DNA of 64,000 bases from Mobula hypostoma (lineage: Eukaryota). Position 1 is the stretch's first letter; each line of letters opens with the position of its first letter. The stretch spans positions 46,252,001 through 46,316,000 of the forward strand of contig NC_086119.1 in NCBI RefSeq assembly GCF_963921235.1. The letters are read 5' to 3'. Of this stretch, positions 61,555-64,000 are shown in pieces. Below the pieces are notes generated by a model. It worked only from the letters and a program-made list of their open reading frames with translations. It was not told the origin of the DNA and did no database searches. The translations under genes were made by a program, and so were the position numbers.

Positions 61555-62053
61555 TATTGTACCTACTATACATCAACCACTGTCTCTGGCAACATATTCC
61601 ATGTATCCACCACACTCTGCATGAAGAAGTCGTCCTTCAGTTCCCCTTTAACTTCTTCACCTCTCACCTTAAACCTGTGCTTTCTAGTTGTAATTCTCCT
61701 TCGCTAGGAACAACACCGTGTATGTTCACCCTATAGATGCTCCATATGATGTTTATACATGTCTATATGGTCATGCCTCAATCTTTTATATTCCAAGGAA
61801 TAAAGTCCTGGCCTCCCCAACGTTTTGTTGTCCGGAAAACCTTTGTATCTTTTCATTAAACTCCATCCCAACGTAACCTGCCTCAACTCTACAACCCTCT
61901 GAAAAACACAATGCTTCAATCTGCTCTCTTCTATCTCCTCAGATTTCTTTGCTCCACTAGTGGTGTCCATTCTTCAAGCACTAACAGTGCTAGAAGCACA
62001 TTTAAGGTGAAAAGCAGACGCAAAAGAAGTAAAAATAGACATTTTCATGGGCT

Positions 62054-63113
62054 CTCACGAGGAAACCTGCAGATGCTGGAAATTCAAGCAACACACATCA
62101 AAGTTGCTGGTGAACGCAGCAGGCCAGGCAGCATCTCTAGGAGGAGGTACAGTTGGCGTTTTGGGCCGAGACCCTTCGTCAGGACTAACTGAAAGAAGAG
62201 CTAGTAAGAGATTTGAAAGTGGGAGGGGGAGATCCCAAATGATAGAAGACAGGAGGGGGAGGGATGGAGCCAAGAGCTGGACGGGTGATTGGCAAAAGGG
62301 ATATGAGAGGATCATGGGACAGGAGGCCTAGGGAGAAAGAAAAGGGAGAGGGGGGGAAACCCAGAGGATGGGCAAGGGGTATAGTCAGAGGGACAGAGGG
62401 AGAAAAAGGAGAGAGAGAAAAAGAAAAAGAATGTGTATGTATAAATAGATAACGTTCGGGGTACGAGGGGGAGGTGGGGCATTAGCGGAAGTTTGAGAAG
62501 TCAATGTTTATGCCATCAGGTTGGAGGCTACCCAGACGGAATATAAGGTGTTGTTCCTCCAACCTGAGTGTGGCTTCATCTTTACAGTAGAGGAGGCCAT
62601 GGATAGACATGTCAGAATGGGAATGGGACAGTAGAGGAAGCCACACTCAGGTTGGAGGAACAACACCTTATATTCCGTCTGGGTAGCTTCCAACCTGATG
62701 GCATGAACATTGACTTCTCAAACTTCCGCTAATGCCCCACCTCCCCCTCGTACCTCATCCGTTATTTATTTATATACACACATTCTTTTACTTTTTCTCT
62801 CTCTCCTTTTTCTCCCTCTGTCCCTCTCACTATACCCCTTGCCCATCCTCTGGGTTTTCCCCCCTCTCCCTTTTCCTTCTCCCTGGGCCTCCTGTCCCAT
62901 GATCCTCTCATATCCCTTTTGCTAATCAACTGTCCAGCTCTTGGCTCCATTCCTCCCTCTCCTGTCTTCTCCTATCATTTTGGATCTCCCCCTCCCTCTC
63001 CCACTTTCAAATCTCTTACTAGCTCTTCTTTCAGTTAGCTCTGACAAAGGGTCTCAGCCCGAAAAGTCGACTGTACCTCTTCCTAGAGATGCTGCCTGGC
63101 CTGCTGCGTTCAC
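62054..63113. mobile_element. PLE inverted (fold-back) insertion
   Basis: The minus arm at about 62057-62628 and the plus arm at 62637-63113 are near-identical inverted copies. A 13-bp TSD attttcatgggct lies at 62041-62053 and 63115-63127. Degenerate hammerheads occur at 62151-62186(-) and 63037-63072(+). Confidence 0.92.
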
Positions 63114-63719
63114 GATTTTCATGGGCTGTCTGGAAGATGTCAACCGAGGGAGCATTGTCCGCTGGCACCATCTTGAACAGAAGAATGTGTTTGTCATCTT
63201 GTGGCAGCCAGTACCAGTGTGTGTTACTAAATCCCAAACACTCCACACTCTCATTACCCATTTGGTTTAAAAAGAATTTAGTTGGACACATCAAAATATT
63301 GTTTCAGTGGCATGATCATTAATTTACAGGACTATAAATTCAGAGAACGTGGCCATTTGAGAATTTGAATTCCATTTTAAAAACATCTGGAAAAGCTGTA
63401 AATCTGTGTAAGTGTCTGTAAATACCATGACGTGACACAATTGTCAAGAAATCCTGCATGACCAGTTGATATGATTTAGGAAGAAGTTGCGTATGCTCCC
63501 TAGCTCCCATCCCATGACAATGTGTTGATTCTATTCCCAGTATTACAGCTCACCTGGCTCGGTTTCCTGTGTTGCTTTTAGCACTTTAGATCCCTGTTCC
63601 CATATTCTCTAAAACACACCAAAGCCCCAGTTCCTACACTCCCTTCAACACACGGGGGACCCATTACATATCAGAGCTCCAGTTCTCTCGCTCCCGTTAA
63701 TACACTGGGGCCCCATTTC

Positions 63720-64000
63720 CCATGCATCCTCTAACAAGCAAGACTGCGAGTGAGGCGGGTAGTGGGATCCAAGAGACAGTGCCGGAGGAGCCTCAGCTCT
63801 TCAGCTTGTCCAATGGGTCTGAGATTTTTGCCCCCTTGTGGGTGAGACTGGGGGCTGTAGGAAGGATGAGCAACCTAACTGTGGCATCATGGTTCAGGGA
63901 GCCATTCGGGGTTGGGGGGTGGGGGGAGAGAAGAGAATGTAGTGGTAATTGGGGATAGTATATCCAGGGGACTAGACAGAGGCTCTGTCGCGAGGATAGA
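63720..64000 (+). mobile_element. CR1 ORF1 fragment running off the window
   Basis: gtagtggtaattggggatagtatatccagggga encodes VVVIGDSISRG, an SGNH block I motif. LSNGSEIFA upstream resembles the CR1 ORF1 LSNRFxxL motif. Confidence 0.65.

Larger units (their letters stand above)
61120..61905 (-). mobile_element. Decayed CR1 3' end, interrupted by an RTE-derived element
   Basis: Peptide GLYSLEYKRLRHDHIDMYK, with CR1 UTR on both sides of 61316-61554. Confidence 0.7.

Overview
Vertebrate-type, CpG-poor, very repeat-dense DNA with a 471-N scaffold gap at 14649-15119. I recognise no host protein-coding exon, so the window is intergenic or lies in a large intron. The repeat mix suggests a cartilaginous fish, probably a ray (inference). 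It includes CR1, Rex1/Babar-like, RTE and fish-type L1 LINEs, GIY-YIG Penelope-like elements (PLEs), V-SINE-like tRNA SINEs, and Tc1/mariner, hAT and Harbinger DNA-transposon remnants. Nearly every ORF with recognisable motifs is a retroelement or transposon fragment. The most interesting layer is non-coding: self-cleaving-ribozyme motifs carried by retroelements. (1) PLE ends carry minimal type I hammerhead motifs: three have intact cores (1272-1309, 33937-33972, 57224-57261) and several others are disrupted mainly by CpG transitions. (2) A short RTE-derived element at 61316 begins exactly at the cleavage position of a degenerate twister-ribozyme motif. (3) PLE insertions repeatedly show about 13-bp target-site duplications (TSDs) and inverted, fold-back architecture, including solo ribozyme-plus-tail units of about 100-165 bp. 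Also notable are a young L1 with a perfect 15-bp TSD, a deeply nested RTE, a fold-back mariner MITE and an unexplained ~26-bp periodic array at 57505-57636. Boundaries of old repeats are approximate because they were read by eye.
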